A DNA stretch of 64,000 nucleotides from Vitrella brassicaformis CCMP3155 (lineage: Eukaryota; Protista; Chromerida): NCBI GenBank assembly GCA_001179505.1, contig CDMY01000477.1, positions 186,001 through 250,000 of the forward strand. The letters are read 5' to 3'. The notes under the pieces were generated by a model. It was given only the letters and a program-made list of their open reading frames with translations, did not search any database and was not told where the DNA came from. Within the stretch, counting starts at the first letter, position 1. Each line of letters starts with the position of its first letter. The position numbers and the translations under genes were made by a program. Below are positions 47,401-61,976 of this stretch, one piece after another.

Positions 47401-50400
47401 GGCCTTGTCGAGTTCCCTTTGGTTTTGGTTCTTCTCGTTCTCCAGGCCCCTGATCTCCTGCTGCAGCGGCTCGACCGACTCCAGGATCTTGGCGAAGCTG
47501 AACTGAGACTCCACCCACAGCGCCAATGGGCCAGCAGCCTGACACACACACACAGACACAGAGAGAGAGAGTGAGAGAGAGAGAGAGACGCAAAGGACAC
47601 ACACGTGTGGGCAGATATCTGTGTGTATCTATGGGTGGTGGTGGGGCTGACCTTTGAGGCGCGGTCGATCTTGGCAGTGTCCCATTCTTCGGACTTGAGG
47701 TAGTCCCGCTCCACACGCACTCGCGTCTTTGACTGAATGCCCTCACTGTCGAAGTTCAACACCTGTGGAGCATACACACAAACACACAAACACACACATA
47801 TATATATATCTTTTCTGTGTGTCTCATCTGTTGATTGACCTGGTTGATGAAGTCGCCGCCCTTGATGGCCTTCTTGATGTCGTCCCAGGTCACCGCCGCG
47901 GTCGCCTGGGTCAGCAGCACAACCACGGCCTCCAAGGCCAGCTTGACTGCACTCGGGGGGTTGGGCATGTTGCGCAGCTCGTCCAGGTTCTTCTTGCTGA
48001 TGTTCTTGACGGAGTTCTTGGCCTCGATCAGCGCCGGCTCGGCCTCGGCTAACTGCGCACGGACGACCTTGGCGCGCTCGGCGATCTCTGCGGCCTGCAG
48101 GCAGAGAATGGACACATGGCTTATGTGTGGATGTGTGGATGTGTGTGTGNNNNNNNNNNNNNNNNNNNNNNNNNNNNNNNNNNNNNNNNNNNNNNNNNNN
48201 NNNNNNNNNNNNNNNNNNNNNNNNNNNNNNNNNNNNNNNNNNNNNNNNNNNNNNNNNNNNNNNNNNNNNNNNNNNNNNNNNNNNNNNNNNNNNNNNNNNN
48301 NNNNNNNNNNNNNNNNNNNNNNNNNNNNNNNNNNNNNNNNNNNNNNNNNNNNNNNNNNNNNNNNNNNNNNNNNNNNNNNNNNNNNNNNNNNNNNNNNNNN
48401 NNNNNNNNNNNNNNNNNNNNNNNNNNNNNNNNNNNNNNNNNNNNNNNNNGGGAAGGGGGAAACGACCTTCTTGTCGAGTTCTTTCTGCATGCGCTCGGCC
48501 TCTTTCTTCTTCTCCTCAGCGTCGGCCTGCTCCTTGACCATCACCTGCACACACACACAGACACAGACACACACAGACACACACACACACAGACACACAG
48601 ACGGAGAGAGAGAGAGAGCATGACACATGGCATGCGTGTTGCCTTGTGTGGTTTGTGGTTTGTGGTTTGTAGTTTGTGTTGTGCGTGCCTGCATCTTTTC
48701 CTCTGCCAGTTTGTTCTTGGCGGCGAGGTCCTTGTCCTTCTCGGCCAGCGAGACCTGCAGCTCGGCCACTTGCTGCTCCGTCTCCTTGAGCTTGGTCAGC
48801 CCGACGTTGAGGTGCTTCTGCTGCTCCATGACCTCCTCCCGCTTCTCCTCGACCAGACCTGATTTTTTTTTGCCACACACCACACACCACACACGACGCA
48901 CACAGCCACACAGCAACACAGCCATGGTGTGTTGGGTGTGTCGTTTGTGCGGCGCGAGAAAGGTACCGAGGAAGTGGTTGATGAAGTCCAGGTAGTCTCT
49001 GGGCGTGACGTAGTTGTACTTCTTGGCGGCACGCATCAGCTTCTGGTTCATCTCGTCGACCTTCTCGTGGAAGAAGACGATCGCGTTGGCCACAGCCATG
49101 TGGCTGTCACACACACAGACACACGAGGCAGCACATGACACACACCAAGGAGGCCATTCGTGTGTGTCTCCCTCATCCCCACACACATACCGCTCCTCAT
49201 CGTCCTGGAAGTCCTCAGCCCGGTCGCACACAAACGCGTCGCGCGCCAGCTCCATGTTGCCCGTGAACTCACGAGCCACCTGCCCACACCGCGCACACAC
49301 ACATGTGATGAGGGCCGGCAGAGTGTGCTGCATTGTGTGTGCGGACTGACCTGTACGAGAGCGTCGTGGGGCCAGTCGCCGAACCAGTCGATGATGCACC
49401 TGTTGAAGAGTGCGGGTGAGGTGGCTTGGCGGTTGGCGAAGTCGGGATTGGCGGGGTTCATGGTGAAGACGATGTGGAGGTTGCGCTGCACCTGCTTGGT
49501 GAACCGGCTGAACAGCTCGCCCTCGTCCACACCGATGTCACCGGCCATCGCCGCCTTGCACTCCGACATCAGCTGGCTGTATTCGTCGCCCTCAAAGAGA
49601 CCCGGCACCTCGCCGGCAGCCAACAGCGCATTCATCCGCTCCAAGAAGGCAGGGCCTGCCCACATATACACACAGACGGCCACATGACGGTCCCCCCGTA
49701 TGCGGCCGGCTGCATTTTGTGTGTTACCCAGTGCGTTGGATTCGTCAAAGATGAAAGTGATCTTCTCTTCCTTGATGCCGGCGCGCTTCATGACGTGTCT
49801 GAGGTCGGCCTCGAAGGCGGTGGTGTCGTAGTTGCGCCCCGCCTTGATTTGGAAGACCGACAGGCCGTTCATCCACGACACAAACTTGGACAGCACCGTC
49901 TTGCCCGCACCAGACGCACCAACTACACACACACACACACACACACATCCATCCATGAGGGTGTGTTTGGTTGCGTATACATGTGTGTGTATGTGTGTGT
50001 GTGTGTTGGCTGTCTTGCCCACCACCCAAGTACCTAGTAGGAGGTGTCCGAGAGGCTGCCTGAGGACGCGGTCGATGCGTGTGATGTGGTCGAGGACCTG
50101 GTCGAAGATGACCAGCTGCACGCTCAGCTCCTCCTCGTAAAACACACGCAGCTTGCTCTGACAGAAATTGATACACACATAGAAGCACCGTGTGGCGTGT
50201 GTGGTGGGTGGGGGTCGGTGCCACGGGTTGGTTGGCCGAGCGGTGTGTGGGTGTAGTGTACCTGTATGAGAGTTCTGAGTTCCTCTCTGTCGATCTCCTC
50301 GTAGTTTTTGGCGTTGTAGCATGAGAAGAGAATGGGGCGCTTCAGGTGCGACTCGTTGACGCCTAGACGCGTCGAGAGAGAGAGAGAGAGAGATGCAAGC

Positions 50401-53400
50401 ATGCATCTCTCTCACTCGCTGTCTGCATGTGGGGTGGGTGATGGTGATGTGAGGCACCGCACCTGTGAAGTACTGGAGTGCGATTTCGTTGATCTTTTCG
50501 TCGGTCCATGTGCGCTCGTAGAGCTCCACCAGCCGGTCCTGGAAGATGCGCAGACCCTCGTGGGCCCACAACCTGATCAAGAGAGGAACACAGACACAGA
50601 CACACAGACACACAGACAGACAGATGGACAGACAGACGTTGACAATGCCTCTATGGTCTGTGGCCGTTGCCTACGCACCTGACGAGTCCCTCGAGTGTGA
50701 GGTCGTCCCTGTCCTTGATGGCCTCGTAGATGGCCACTTTCCACCTGTAAGCAAGACAGACACACAGGTGCAGCAGTGCCGGTGTGTGTGGTGGGGTGGG
50801 GTGACCTGGTGAGTTCTCTTGGGCTGTAGATGTAGTGGGGCTGCATGTCCACCGTGAACCGCTTCTGCGAGGCGCGGTAGAACTCCACCATGGCGTTGGT
50901 CAGGGCGTCGCCGTGGTTGCGCAGAGACGGCACCATCTTCAGGATGCCGCGGTTGAACGTCCCGTAGATCTGCTTGAGCGACTCGGCACCGGGGAAATCG
51001 ACGAAGATCAGCGGCGCGTGGCGCAGGAACCGATCAGACATCGGACTCCGACCTGAGCAGTGAGGAGAAGTACAGTCTCCGAGGGCCATTGGCGGGGGNN
51101 NNNNNNNNNNNNNNNNNNNNNNNNNNNNNNNNNNNNNNNNNNNNNNNNNNNNNNNNNNNNNNNNNNNNNNNNNNNNNNNNNNNNNNNNNNNNNNNNNNNN
51201 NNNNNNNNNNNNNNNNNNNNNNNNNNNNNNNNNNNNNNNNNNNNNNNNNNNNNNNNNNNNNNNNNNNNNNNNNNNNNNNNNNNNNNNNNNNNNNNNNNNN
51301 NNNNNNNNNNNNNNNNNNNNNNNNNNNNNNNNNNNNNNNNNNNNNNNNNNNNNNNNNNNNNNNNNNNNNNNNNNNNNNNNNNNNNNNNNNNNNNNNNNGG
51401 GGGGGGGGGGGGGGGGGGTGGCCCACCAGCGTCTGTGGGAGGGTTGCAGGCGCCAACGAACTGGACGCGCTCGAGCTTCACCCACTGTCGGTCGGACGGC
51501 CGCCAGAAGCCGCCCGCCTCGGTCATCTGTCTGATGAACATGATGACGCGCTGCGTGCCGTACTTGTCGGGGGTGGGCAGGTTGATCTCGTCGCAGAAGA
51601 CTATCAGCCACTTGCCGGGCTGCGACGGACGCAGTATCACGCCGCCGGGCGTCTTGACGTACTCGCAGTAGTGATCGAAGGTCTTGAGCAGCTGCATACA
51701 CAACAGGACAACACACACAACCACTATGGAACCCTTGTCTCTCTGTCTGTGGTTGGCCGACCAGCTCAGGAGTGGAGCCCGACGAGAAGTTGAGCGACGC
51801 CATATCGAAATCAGCCAGGCCCTGAAAGCAGACACACCACACACCACCACCACACACATACACACAGCCCCTCTCTCTCTCCATCCAATCCATGTCTCTG
51901 CCTGCGTGTTGCCCGCCCACGGTGCGACCGACCTTGAGTGTGGACATGAGCGTCATGGTCTTGCCCGACCCCGGCGGGCCGCACAGGATGAAAGGCTTCT
52001 TCTCCTCCAGCCATGCCGCCAGCACACTGCGGTGCCTCAGTGTGTCGACTGTGACGATGACCAGGTCGGCGTCGGTGGCCCGGTGCGGCTCGATGTCCAC
52101 CTGCGGCACACGCTGACGCCACGGATGCCACTCGCCGTCGTCCAACCGGGCCTAACACACACAGACAGAGAGAGAGAGAGAGGGAGAGAGTGCTTAACGA
52201 GGCGAGAAGACACACACGTGTGGACATCGTGTTGGGGTGTGTTGATTGACTGACTTCGAAGTCGAGCAGAGTGAAGTCTTCGTTGAGTCCGGATGGCAGG
52301 GGTGTGGTGGCGAGGGCGGCGAGGGCGGTGGCGTAGGCCGCTCGCTGGCTGAGACTCATGGCACCGCCCATGCCCCACAGGACCGAGATCACCAACCACT
52401 GAGCCACACACACAGAGGGAGAGAGGGAGGGAGGAGGGTGGGCGGGATGCGTGCATGGGCTGGGTTCACTGACCTTTGAGAGGAATCTCTGCATGGCCTC
52501 ATCGGACATCGGGAAGTCCATGTGGTTCTCATTGTACTCGACGATCATGTTCACGCCCTTGCTGCACACACACACACACACACATATGGACGAGCGCAAG
52601 TGCAAAAAATTGTTGGCGGCCTGGCCGTGTGTGGGTCGGTAGACTGACCGTATGAGAGAGAAGGTGGCCTCGAGCACACGAATGGGCGTAAAGACCATGA
52701 TGTGCTCAAACTCTGAAGCCTGACACAAAGGCGCACCACCCAACACACACATGAGTCCGTCCGTCAAGCTGTCACACGCACACACATGTGTGTGTGCGTG
52801 TGTGTTTGTGTGTGTTGCCCACCTTTTCCAGTGCCTTGATGACGAAGCCGTCATGCTCAAAGAAGGGCTTCATGATCTCCACGCTGCGCTCGCGGACCTG
52901 CACACATACACACACAGACGTCTCACGGTCATGTCATGTGTCGGATGTGGTTTGGTGTGTTCTGCAGGCACCCGTCTTTCGTCGTCGGTGAAGTTCTTCT
53001 TGTGCTGTATGCGAGCAGTGGTTGTGTGGGGCTTGTCGGGGTCGTCCTGGTCCTCGGGCGGCAAGACGGCCGCCTCGATCTTGTGGACTTCCTCCTCCTG
53101 CTGCATCTCGTCCTCCAGCACACCATACCTTATGTCACACACACACAGGGAGAGAGAGAGAGGGAGAGGGGGAGGGTCTCTCTCTCTCTCTGTGTGTGTG
53201 TAGGTGGTGTCGTTGTCCTTACTGCAGGAAGTTCAGGTGGTTGTGGAAGACCATGGTGTAGGCAATGACGTCCTCAGAGAACCACACCATGCCGCATCGA
53301 GACACCGTCGCGAGCGTCGCGTACTTCAACGTCTCCACCTGACACACACACACACACACACTCTTCCTCCCTCCCTCCCTCCCTCCCTCCCTCTGTGGCC

Positions 53401-56230
53401 CAATCACTCACCTCGAACATGATGCGCACGTTGGACGGAATCTGCAGGCGCTCGCCGTTGGGGAGAGTGAGGAGCTTGTTGTCGTCGAGGACCGAGTTGA
53501 GGTTCTCGGCCCACTCGGGGTCCACGTCGCCGTCAAACACGATCCAGTGGCGCCGGTCCTTCTCGCCTCGCAGGGACATCAGGATGCGACGAAGTATGTC
53601 GGTAAAGACACCTGCAGACACGCCCGCCACACGGAATGTGTGTGTGTTGGGAGGAGGGCTTTGCTGACTGCTGACTGGCTGACCATCCGTCCACTCCAGA
53701 GTGGTGGGGTCGAGCTTGCCGTAGAGCTCGTCCTTGGTGACGGCCTTGGGGTCGACGACGTAGGACTCGCCCTTGCGGCCGTCGACCTTGGTCATGGCGT
53801 CGATCAGCAGCCGCCAGGCAGTCGACTTGCCCGACCCGACGTTGCCCACCATCATGACGCCGTGGCACAAGTTCTGAATCTGGTACAGCTGCACCACACA
53901 CACACATCCATCCATCCATCCATGTGTGTTGGTGTGGGTGTGTGCGCACAACGTACCTGCAGGACTTTCTCGAGGAACTTGTTAGTGCACTGGAGGTGCC
54001 TCAGTCTGCACAGTCGCTTGATCTCGTCGGTGAGGATGGCCTCCTCCACCACCATGATATCGGCACCAGGGAAGACGCCCGACATCAGACTCCGCAGCAG
54101 AGGCACGTCTTGCGCCACCAACTGCATCAAGGAAGGAATCAACACACAACAAAACACAAGGACGGCACAGACAGAGGTGAGAATGAATGATCCTTTTGTG
54201 TGTGTAAGGGAATGTGACCTTTGGCACGAGTGTGTCGCAAACTGATCTCAGCAGTATCTTCTGCTCGGCGTCCTCCAGCTTCTCGCCCTCCGGCACATCG
54301 TCCTTCCTCTGCCTGCAGCCAACACACACACACATACATACACACACACACACATGGGACCATCTATGCCCGTGGATGGTTGGTCGTCAGGCCGTGATGC
54401 TGCTCACTGCAGGCTTTGTCTCTTGAGGTTGCCGGCGGAGTTGAGGACGCTCTTGAGGGACCTGAGCCCAAAGTCGTAGTGGGGCTGGTTGGACAGCTGG
54501 TTCTGGCACAGGTCGAACAGAGACACGATCTTGCCCGCCAGACGCTCCGCTGTCCGGAAACCCTACACACACGGAAAGGTGTGTGTGTGTGTTTGTTGAT
54601 GTGCGTCAGAAGAAGAGGTCTCTCTGTGTGTGTCTGTGTGTCCCCTACCTGTGAGTAGAGCATGACTTGTGCGATGAGCTCCTTGTCGGGTTTGATCATG
54701 GCCATCTCGCGGAAGAGCTGTTTGAGGTTGTCGGGGAGGTTGGAGCGGCCGGCGTAGCCCGGGTTCATCGTCACGAAGATGCCCATGTTGGGATTCAACC
54801 GAACCTGTGTGTGGGGTGTGGGTGACACACACATCCATCCATTCATCCGTGTGTGTGTTTGTGTGACACACCGTCTTCTGGAGCATCTCGATCTCGGAGC
54901 GCTGCTCCTTCAGGCCCGTCTGCAGTGCAGTGCAGTGTACAGCACACACAGAGGCCATCAATTCGTGTGTGTCTGTCTGAGGGAGGGTGGATGGATTGTC
55001 ATGCCATGCATACCTGTATGGTGAGTATCTGTTCCGACACGGCCGACAGGATGCGCTCCTCCAGACGGTTGAACTCGTCGAAGCAGCCCCACGCACCCAC
55101 TTGACACAGACCCACGAAGATGCGGCCAATCGCCTGCAACACACACACACACACGCAAATCGGTGTCTTGACGTGTGTGTTGTGTGTGTGTGGATGAGTG
55201 GGTACGTTGTTGTCGAAGCTCTCATCGCAGCAGAAGACGAGCACAAACCTCCCGAGCTGAGTGCCGAGCGCCTTGACGGTCTCCGTCTTGCCAGTGCCAG
55301 CGGGACCGAACGGATTGCCGCCCAACCGCATGTGCAGCGCCTGCACTCACCACCACATACCACACACACAGAGAGAGGGGGGGGGAGAGAAGATGCCCAT
55401 GTGGTGTGTTCGGCATGTTGTTCGGCCGGGCATAATTGATCACCTGGGTGAGGGTGAGGTAGCATCTGTCTGTGAGGGGTGTCTGGACGAGTTTCTCGCC
55501 GATGCCGAGGTACTCGAAGCCGTACTCGAACGACGCGTTGGCCATCTTGATGACCAGCTTCTTCAACGGGTCGGACTGACACACGCAAACATTGCACAGA
55601 AGACAGAGATGTGTGCGTGTGTGCGTGTGTGTGTGTGGGTGGGTGGGGAGGATGGGAGGGTGTGTGCGTGTTGTCTGTTACCTCTTTGGGGTTCCAGTAC
55701 ATTCGCATCATCTGCAGCCACTTGAAGTCGCCGTCGTGGGCCACACCGTCGGACTTTAATGACCTACACACAGACAGACAGACACACACACACACACAGA
55801 CAGACAGGCAAAGAAGTGTATGGGGTGTGTGTGTGTGTGTGGTGTGTGTGTGTACCTGATGACGTCCCTCTGGTGCACGAGCTCGGTGATGAGCTGCTCG
55901 TACTTCTGCCGCTGCTTCTTCTCGACATCAGTCAGCACCTACACACAACACAACACAATACAGCCACATTATTCATAACACATAAGCCCCTCCGCCCCTA
56001 CTCTCCCCCCCTGTGTGCTCACCTGGTCGGCCAGGAGGTTGAGCACGCCCACGCATCTGTCCTCCACACCAGTGAGCGCCTTGACGACGTTGGCGGCGCT
56101 GCCGGCCTTGAGGGCCTTCTCGACTCTCTCGGACCAGTCCACCTGCACGGCCAGCAACACTATCTGCGCCGGGAACGTCTTGACCCAATCGAGAAACGCC
56201 GACACGTCCATCGACTGCACACACACACAG

Positions 56231-56262
<32 letters not shown>

Positions 56263-57391
56263 GTGTGTGTTTAGAGGGGGGTGTGTGTGGGTGTGTGCGG
56301 CCGGGTACCTTGGCGTCTCCGGTGGCGACTTTGGCGTACTGGTCGACGGCTTCCTCGAGGAGGGCGCCCAGGGTGTTCTGCATGGCCTGCTCGACGCGCG
56401 AGAGCCAGGCGTTGATGGCGGGGTCGTCAGAGATCTTGACCACAGACTTGAAGTGCACCACTTCGCCCTCGCGAGAACTGACATCCAACATCGATACATG
56501 CGGCCACATGTGTGTTTGGTTGGTGTGGTGGTGTGGGGTAAGGTGGCGCACCTCATGCCGACGATTTGGTCCGGGTCTTCGGTGTCGAGCTCGAGGGCGG
56601 TGATGCCGGCAAACATCTTGTTGAGGTGCCGTTGGACCACCTTGACGTCACGCGAATTGCCGATCATCTCCAGCAAATCCTCGTCGCCTGGAGGAGGATA
56701 AAATGCACCGACACCCACACACATCGGTGTGCTTGTGTGTGTGTGTGTGGGAGGGNNNNNNNNNNNNNNNNNNNNNNNNNNNNNNNNNNNNNNNNNNNNN
56801 NNNNNNNNNNNNNNNNNNNNNNNNNNNNNNNNNNNNNNNNNNNNNNNNNNNNNNNNNNNNNNNNNNNNNNNNNNNNNNNNNNNNNNNNNNNNNNNNNNNN
56901 NNNNNNNNNNNNNNNNNNNNNNNNNNNNNNNNNNNNNNNNNNNNNNNNNNNNNNNNNNNNNNNNNNNNNNNNNNNNNNNNNNNNNNNNNNNNNNNNNNNN
57001 NNNNNNNNNNNNNNNNNNNNNNNNNNNNNNNNNNNNNNNNNNNNNNNNNNNNNNNCCTCTCTCTCTCTCTCTCTCGGTCTGTGTGTGTGTGTGTGTGTGT
57101 GTGTCTGACCTTTGGTCTCTGCGTGACTTTCTTCATGATAGCGATAAAGTCGTTGTCGATGGTGCGGAACCGCGAGTACTCGTTGGGCAGGAGCGTCTGG
57201 ATGTCGGCCGAGCCGTAGAAGATGCCCTCGAGGTAGACCCACTTTCGCTGCACGTCCATCCATGTGTCGAAGAGCACGCGCCACCGATTGAGCTTCTCGT
57301 CCCAGGCCAACGCCTCCTCCTCAAACACCTACACACACACACACACACGGCAGTGGAGGTGGGGCGACACAGATCTGTACCTTCCTCCCTG

Positions 57392-57429
<38 letters not shown>

Positions 57430-57637
57430 TGGTGGCAGATGTCTGTGTGGGGTGTGTGTATGGTATTGCTTGTTTACTTTGAAGTACGGCGAGAGTTTCA
57501 TCGAAGTGAGTGAGCTGAGGTGTTCGTCGATCTGCGCGAAGAGCTCGTCCCACGCCCGGATGAGCCGGCACTTGTTCTGGTACACCACCAGGTCCAACTC
57601 GTAGCTGCCCCAGATCTCCTTGACCTGCACACACACG

Positions 57638-57669
<32 letters not shown>

Positions 57670-60600
57670 TGCACAGCAGGGGGGGACGGCGAAAGGGGTT
57701 TACCTGTCTAAGAAACTCTTCGAGAGCCATCTCGCCCTGCGCCTGTGCGAGGATCTCCTTGATGGAGGCCTCATTCTTGGGCAAATCGGCATCTATATCA
57801 TCGCAGGGCGCACACACACAGACACAGATAGATGGATTGACGCCCGAGGGTCTGTCTGTCTGCCTGGCTCATCCTCCGGCAGTACCCCAAAGGTGTCCGA
57901 GAGTGAGGTCGGGGTAGTGGACAGTGAGGCGCAGCTTCTGCAGCAAGATCTTCCAGTGCCGCTCCTGAACACACACACATGAGCCGCACACACACAGCAC
58001 AGCACAGCACACCACATTCAGTGCCATCCCTCCATCTCGTGTGTGGGTGTGGGTGTGGGTATGTGTATCTTCGCTCACCTTGAGTGCCTCCGTCTTCATC
58101 TCTACGAGCAGCACGTTGAGCTTCAGGAAGGACTTGAGCATCAACTGCATGTGCTCAAACGCCTCATACTGCCTGAACGCCACACCCAAACAGACAACCA
58201 CCTCTCTCTCTCTCTCTCTCTCTCTCCGCACCTGAGCTTAGGTGGGAGCGCCTTGAGCTTCTCGAGCACGTCGTTGAGTCCCTGCCTGACCTTCTTGGGC
58301 ACCACGGCGCTCCAGGGGGTCTCCTTGAGCGTCTCGAGCAGCGAGTACACGCCCGACAGCTCCGTCCACACGCCCTTGAGGTTCTCGACCTCCTCCCGCA
58401 GTGGGGCGAGCACGTCGCTGGTGCCCACGTCCATGTCGAGGAGCTCCTTGGCCTTGACCACCTTGTCGTACTCCTCGTTGAGCTGCACATACACACACAT
58501 GGACAGACACAGAGAGAAAGAACGAGAGAGAGAGAGAGAGGGTGGGTGGGTGTGTGGGCGTGAGGGGCGGGGAAGGAGCGCGTTCTGACCTTTCCGAGGC
58601 GAGATTCGAACACCGAGAGTGTGTCCATGGCCTGGTTGGGCCGCACATTGCCCTGCAGCGGCTTGGCGCTCGACCACTCGGCGTAGGCCTGCTTGATCTT
58701 CTCGTCCAACAGCCGGTCCTTCTGGATGATCTGCGTCTTGAGGTTGGGGATCTCCCTCTCCATCAGGGCCGCCTTGCGGCCCAAGATCTGCTCGAAGGCC
58801 TCCCACTCGCCCTCGACCCGGTCGAGCCACAGCCACTCCTGAGGGAAGGCGAATCTCTGCCGCTCGAGCAGCTTCTGGCTGGCGCGGAGGTGCTCCATCT
58901 GGTGCGCCCACACCGCCGCATTCTTCTTGGTCTCCTGGATGGCCGTCACGAAGGCCGTCACGTCGCTGCCCGCACCCTCTAGGGAAATCTTCTCTGCACG
59001 CACACACACACACACACATCGATCTCTCGCTTTGGGGGAGGGGGGGAAGGTACCCACCGAGGTTGAATCGTGCGGTTTGGATGTCGTTGTAGAAGGTGTT
59101 GGTCTGGTCGCCGACTTTGTGTCCGAACGAGTTGAGGATCTCCTTGTGCCAGGCGTCGTACTTGTTGTTGACCTTGCTCTGCACCGCACGGTAGTCGATG
59201 ATAATCGGCCCGAACGTCCGCTGCGTCTCGCTGTTGTCAAAGGTCGCCCGGGAGGCCTGCACGCCGGCCAAGCGATACACATACACACACACACACACAC
59301 AGATGGTTGTCAGGGGGGCGGAGGGGGGAGGGGAGGGAGAGCGGGCCATGCGTCACGAAGGTACTTTGATTTCGTTGAGCAGGTGTTGCCAGGTCTCGAT
59401 GTCGTCGCCGAGTCTGTTGAAGACGGTGGAGGACTCGATGTCCCACAGCGACTGGTACTGCAGCCACGTCTTGACGTACTCCTCCATGCTGTCCACAATA
59501 CCTGCACACACAAACACACACACACACACCGATCCATCCATCCATCCACCCCCCCTCTCTGCCCCATTGCGTACGTTCGACGGCCGCGTATGCGTCCTCG
59601 AGGATCTTGGTGTCCAGCTCCTTGAGCAAATGGCTGTAGGTCTGCTCACGCGGGGCCACCTGCTGCGCGCCGCCCTTGGCGAAGGCGTCGAATCGGGCGC
59701 TCTGTATCCTGGAGAGGTTACAGATGGTGCCAAGGGTGCTGTGGAAGTTGCAGATCCACGTCTGACGGGCGCCCTCCTTCGGCGGATCCAGGTACAGTTG
59801 CTGACATGCAGAGACACCGCACACACACACGGAGACATGCAAGGGTGTGTGTGGGGTGTGTGTTGTGGGGGAGGGGTGCAGGCGTCTACCTGGTTCTGCA
59901 TTTTGAGTTCGTGCAGGGTGCCGGATTCTATGAGGGTGGTGCCGCCGTCGGGCCAGCTGGTGAACTGCTTGACCCACTCCTCAACCAACTGCCGCAACCT
60001 GCACACACACCACACCACACACAAATGGCAAAGATGTCTGTCTGTCTGTCTGGGGTGTGTGTGCGGAGAGGTCGTGGGGGGGAAGGTCCCTAGTACCTGG
60101 TGATGAGTATGCTTTGTATGTGTTTGTCGACTTTGTCCACCCAGATTGAGAGGTTGGAGAAGTTGGCCAGGTTCATGTCGTCAACCATCTTCTGCAGCTT
60201 CTCCATCACCTTTATTCACACCACACACACACGAAACAGACACCCTCGTGTGTGTGGGTGTGGGTGTGTGTGTCCTACCTCTTTGAACCCCTCCCCCGCG
60301 AGCGGCATGTGTGCGAGCGACTCGATGTCCCGCTGCATCTGCTCGTTCTGCGCCAGCAGATCAGTCACCTTGTCCTGGAACAAAAACACCTGCAAGGCAC
60401 ACACCACACACACACACAGAGACAATGATTATGTGTGTGTGCGTGAGTGTGTGTGTGTCTGCCGGGTGACTGACCTGGTCAGCGAATCGGCGAGCGTAGC
60501 TCTCGAGGCGGTCAGAGTCCCACTTGAGATGGATGCCGTCCTGTCAGATCAGATGTGACACACACACACACAAGCAGGGTTATGCCCGTTATTACATGTC

Positions 60601-60945
60601 TGTGTGGACGGTGGGGTGTGTCGTGTGTGGTGGGGATGGCTAAGTGACTGACCATGATGAGCTGATTGACTTCTTTCTGGTACGAGGCCACCAGGGGGGC
60701 GATCGAATCGTCCACCTTGGAACAACTCTGATCGACAAACCACACACACACACACACACATCCATCCACCCACCCACCACTCCACCCATGTGTGTGTGGC
60801 TGTGTGACCTGCGTGTATGTCCTGACGGACTCGAGCAGTGTCATGGCGAAGGGGTAGTTGAGCTTGGCCTCGTCAGACGTCACCTTGACGCTGTACGGCA
60901 CGCGGAACTGCAGGCACTGCAGATTCCGAACCTGTGTGTAACCAC

Positions 60946-60980
<35 letters not shown>

Positions 60981-61941
60981 CGAATGCAAAGGAACAGGCC
61001 TTTCCTCTCGTGTGTTTGGGGTGTGGACCTCTTTGAAGAGTGTGATGATCTGCTGGTCGTAGTTGACGACCAGCTCGTAGTCGTTGTCGCCATTCTTATG
61101 CACGTCGAAGATGCGGCCGCCGACGTCGAAGCTCTTGACGTCCTTGATGTCCTTGAGCCAGTTGTCGAAGATGACCATCGTGTTGAGCTTCTTGGCGAAG
61201 GCGTCGCCGTCTTGCTTCAACTTCTGCCCTTCGATGTGCTGCTCCCAGCCCTTGCCCAACACGTCTTCTACTCGGCGCATATACACCTGCACCCAGTGTG
61301 TGCGTGTGTGTGTAGGGAGTGGATTGGTTGTGGTGCCTACCTGGAGCCGTCTCTCGAGCTGCTTCGCCCAAATGATGGCGCCCGATGTCGGCGGGATGTC
61401 CCGGACGGTGGCCATCTTGGCGGCCTGTGTGCTGGTGTAGTGCTCCTTGAACTTGTTCTGCAGCTTGCGAATGTCATCCTTGACCTAAACACCCACACAA
61501 ACACACACACACACATCCGCCCCCTCTCCCCACTCATAAACAGACACGCACCGAGACCCACCTGCTGGATGAGCGACGACTGGTACTCCTGGATGGCCCC
61601 CCTGATACGTGGGCGGAAGAAGAGCGCGTTGAAGCGCGAGAAGACGCGGAACATCTCGGAGGCCGTCTTGGCGGCGCCAAGCCGGTCGCGCAGCTTGGAT
61701 GTGATCTGGCTCTCGGCACGGTCGATCTTGTCGTCATACTGACATAACATGGCGAAGACACACACACGGGGTGCGTGTGTGGGTGTGTGTGGGGTGTGTG
61801 TATACCGCCTTCTTGGCTTGCTCCCAGGCCTCAGTGCCTGATCGGCTGACGTCCAGGACATCGATGTTGAGGAACAGCTTGTACGCGGAAGTGATCTCGC
61901 GGTGCGCGCCCATCTCGCCGCCAGTGCTGCAAATCGTCACA

Positions 61942-61976
<35 letters not shown>

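Noticed and set aside
47756-52145. Long ORFs of 521-547 aa (47756-49399, 49048-50613, 50577-52145)
   Set aside because: They are dynein exons read through stop-poor introns and N gaps, not separate genes.
27190-57890. Suspected GC-AG introns (hydrolase about 27195, dynein about 45110 and 57870)
   Set aside because: A nearby GT donor restores the frame and the expected conserved residues in each case.
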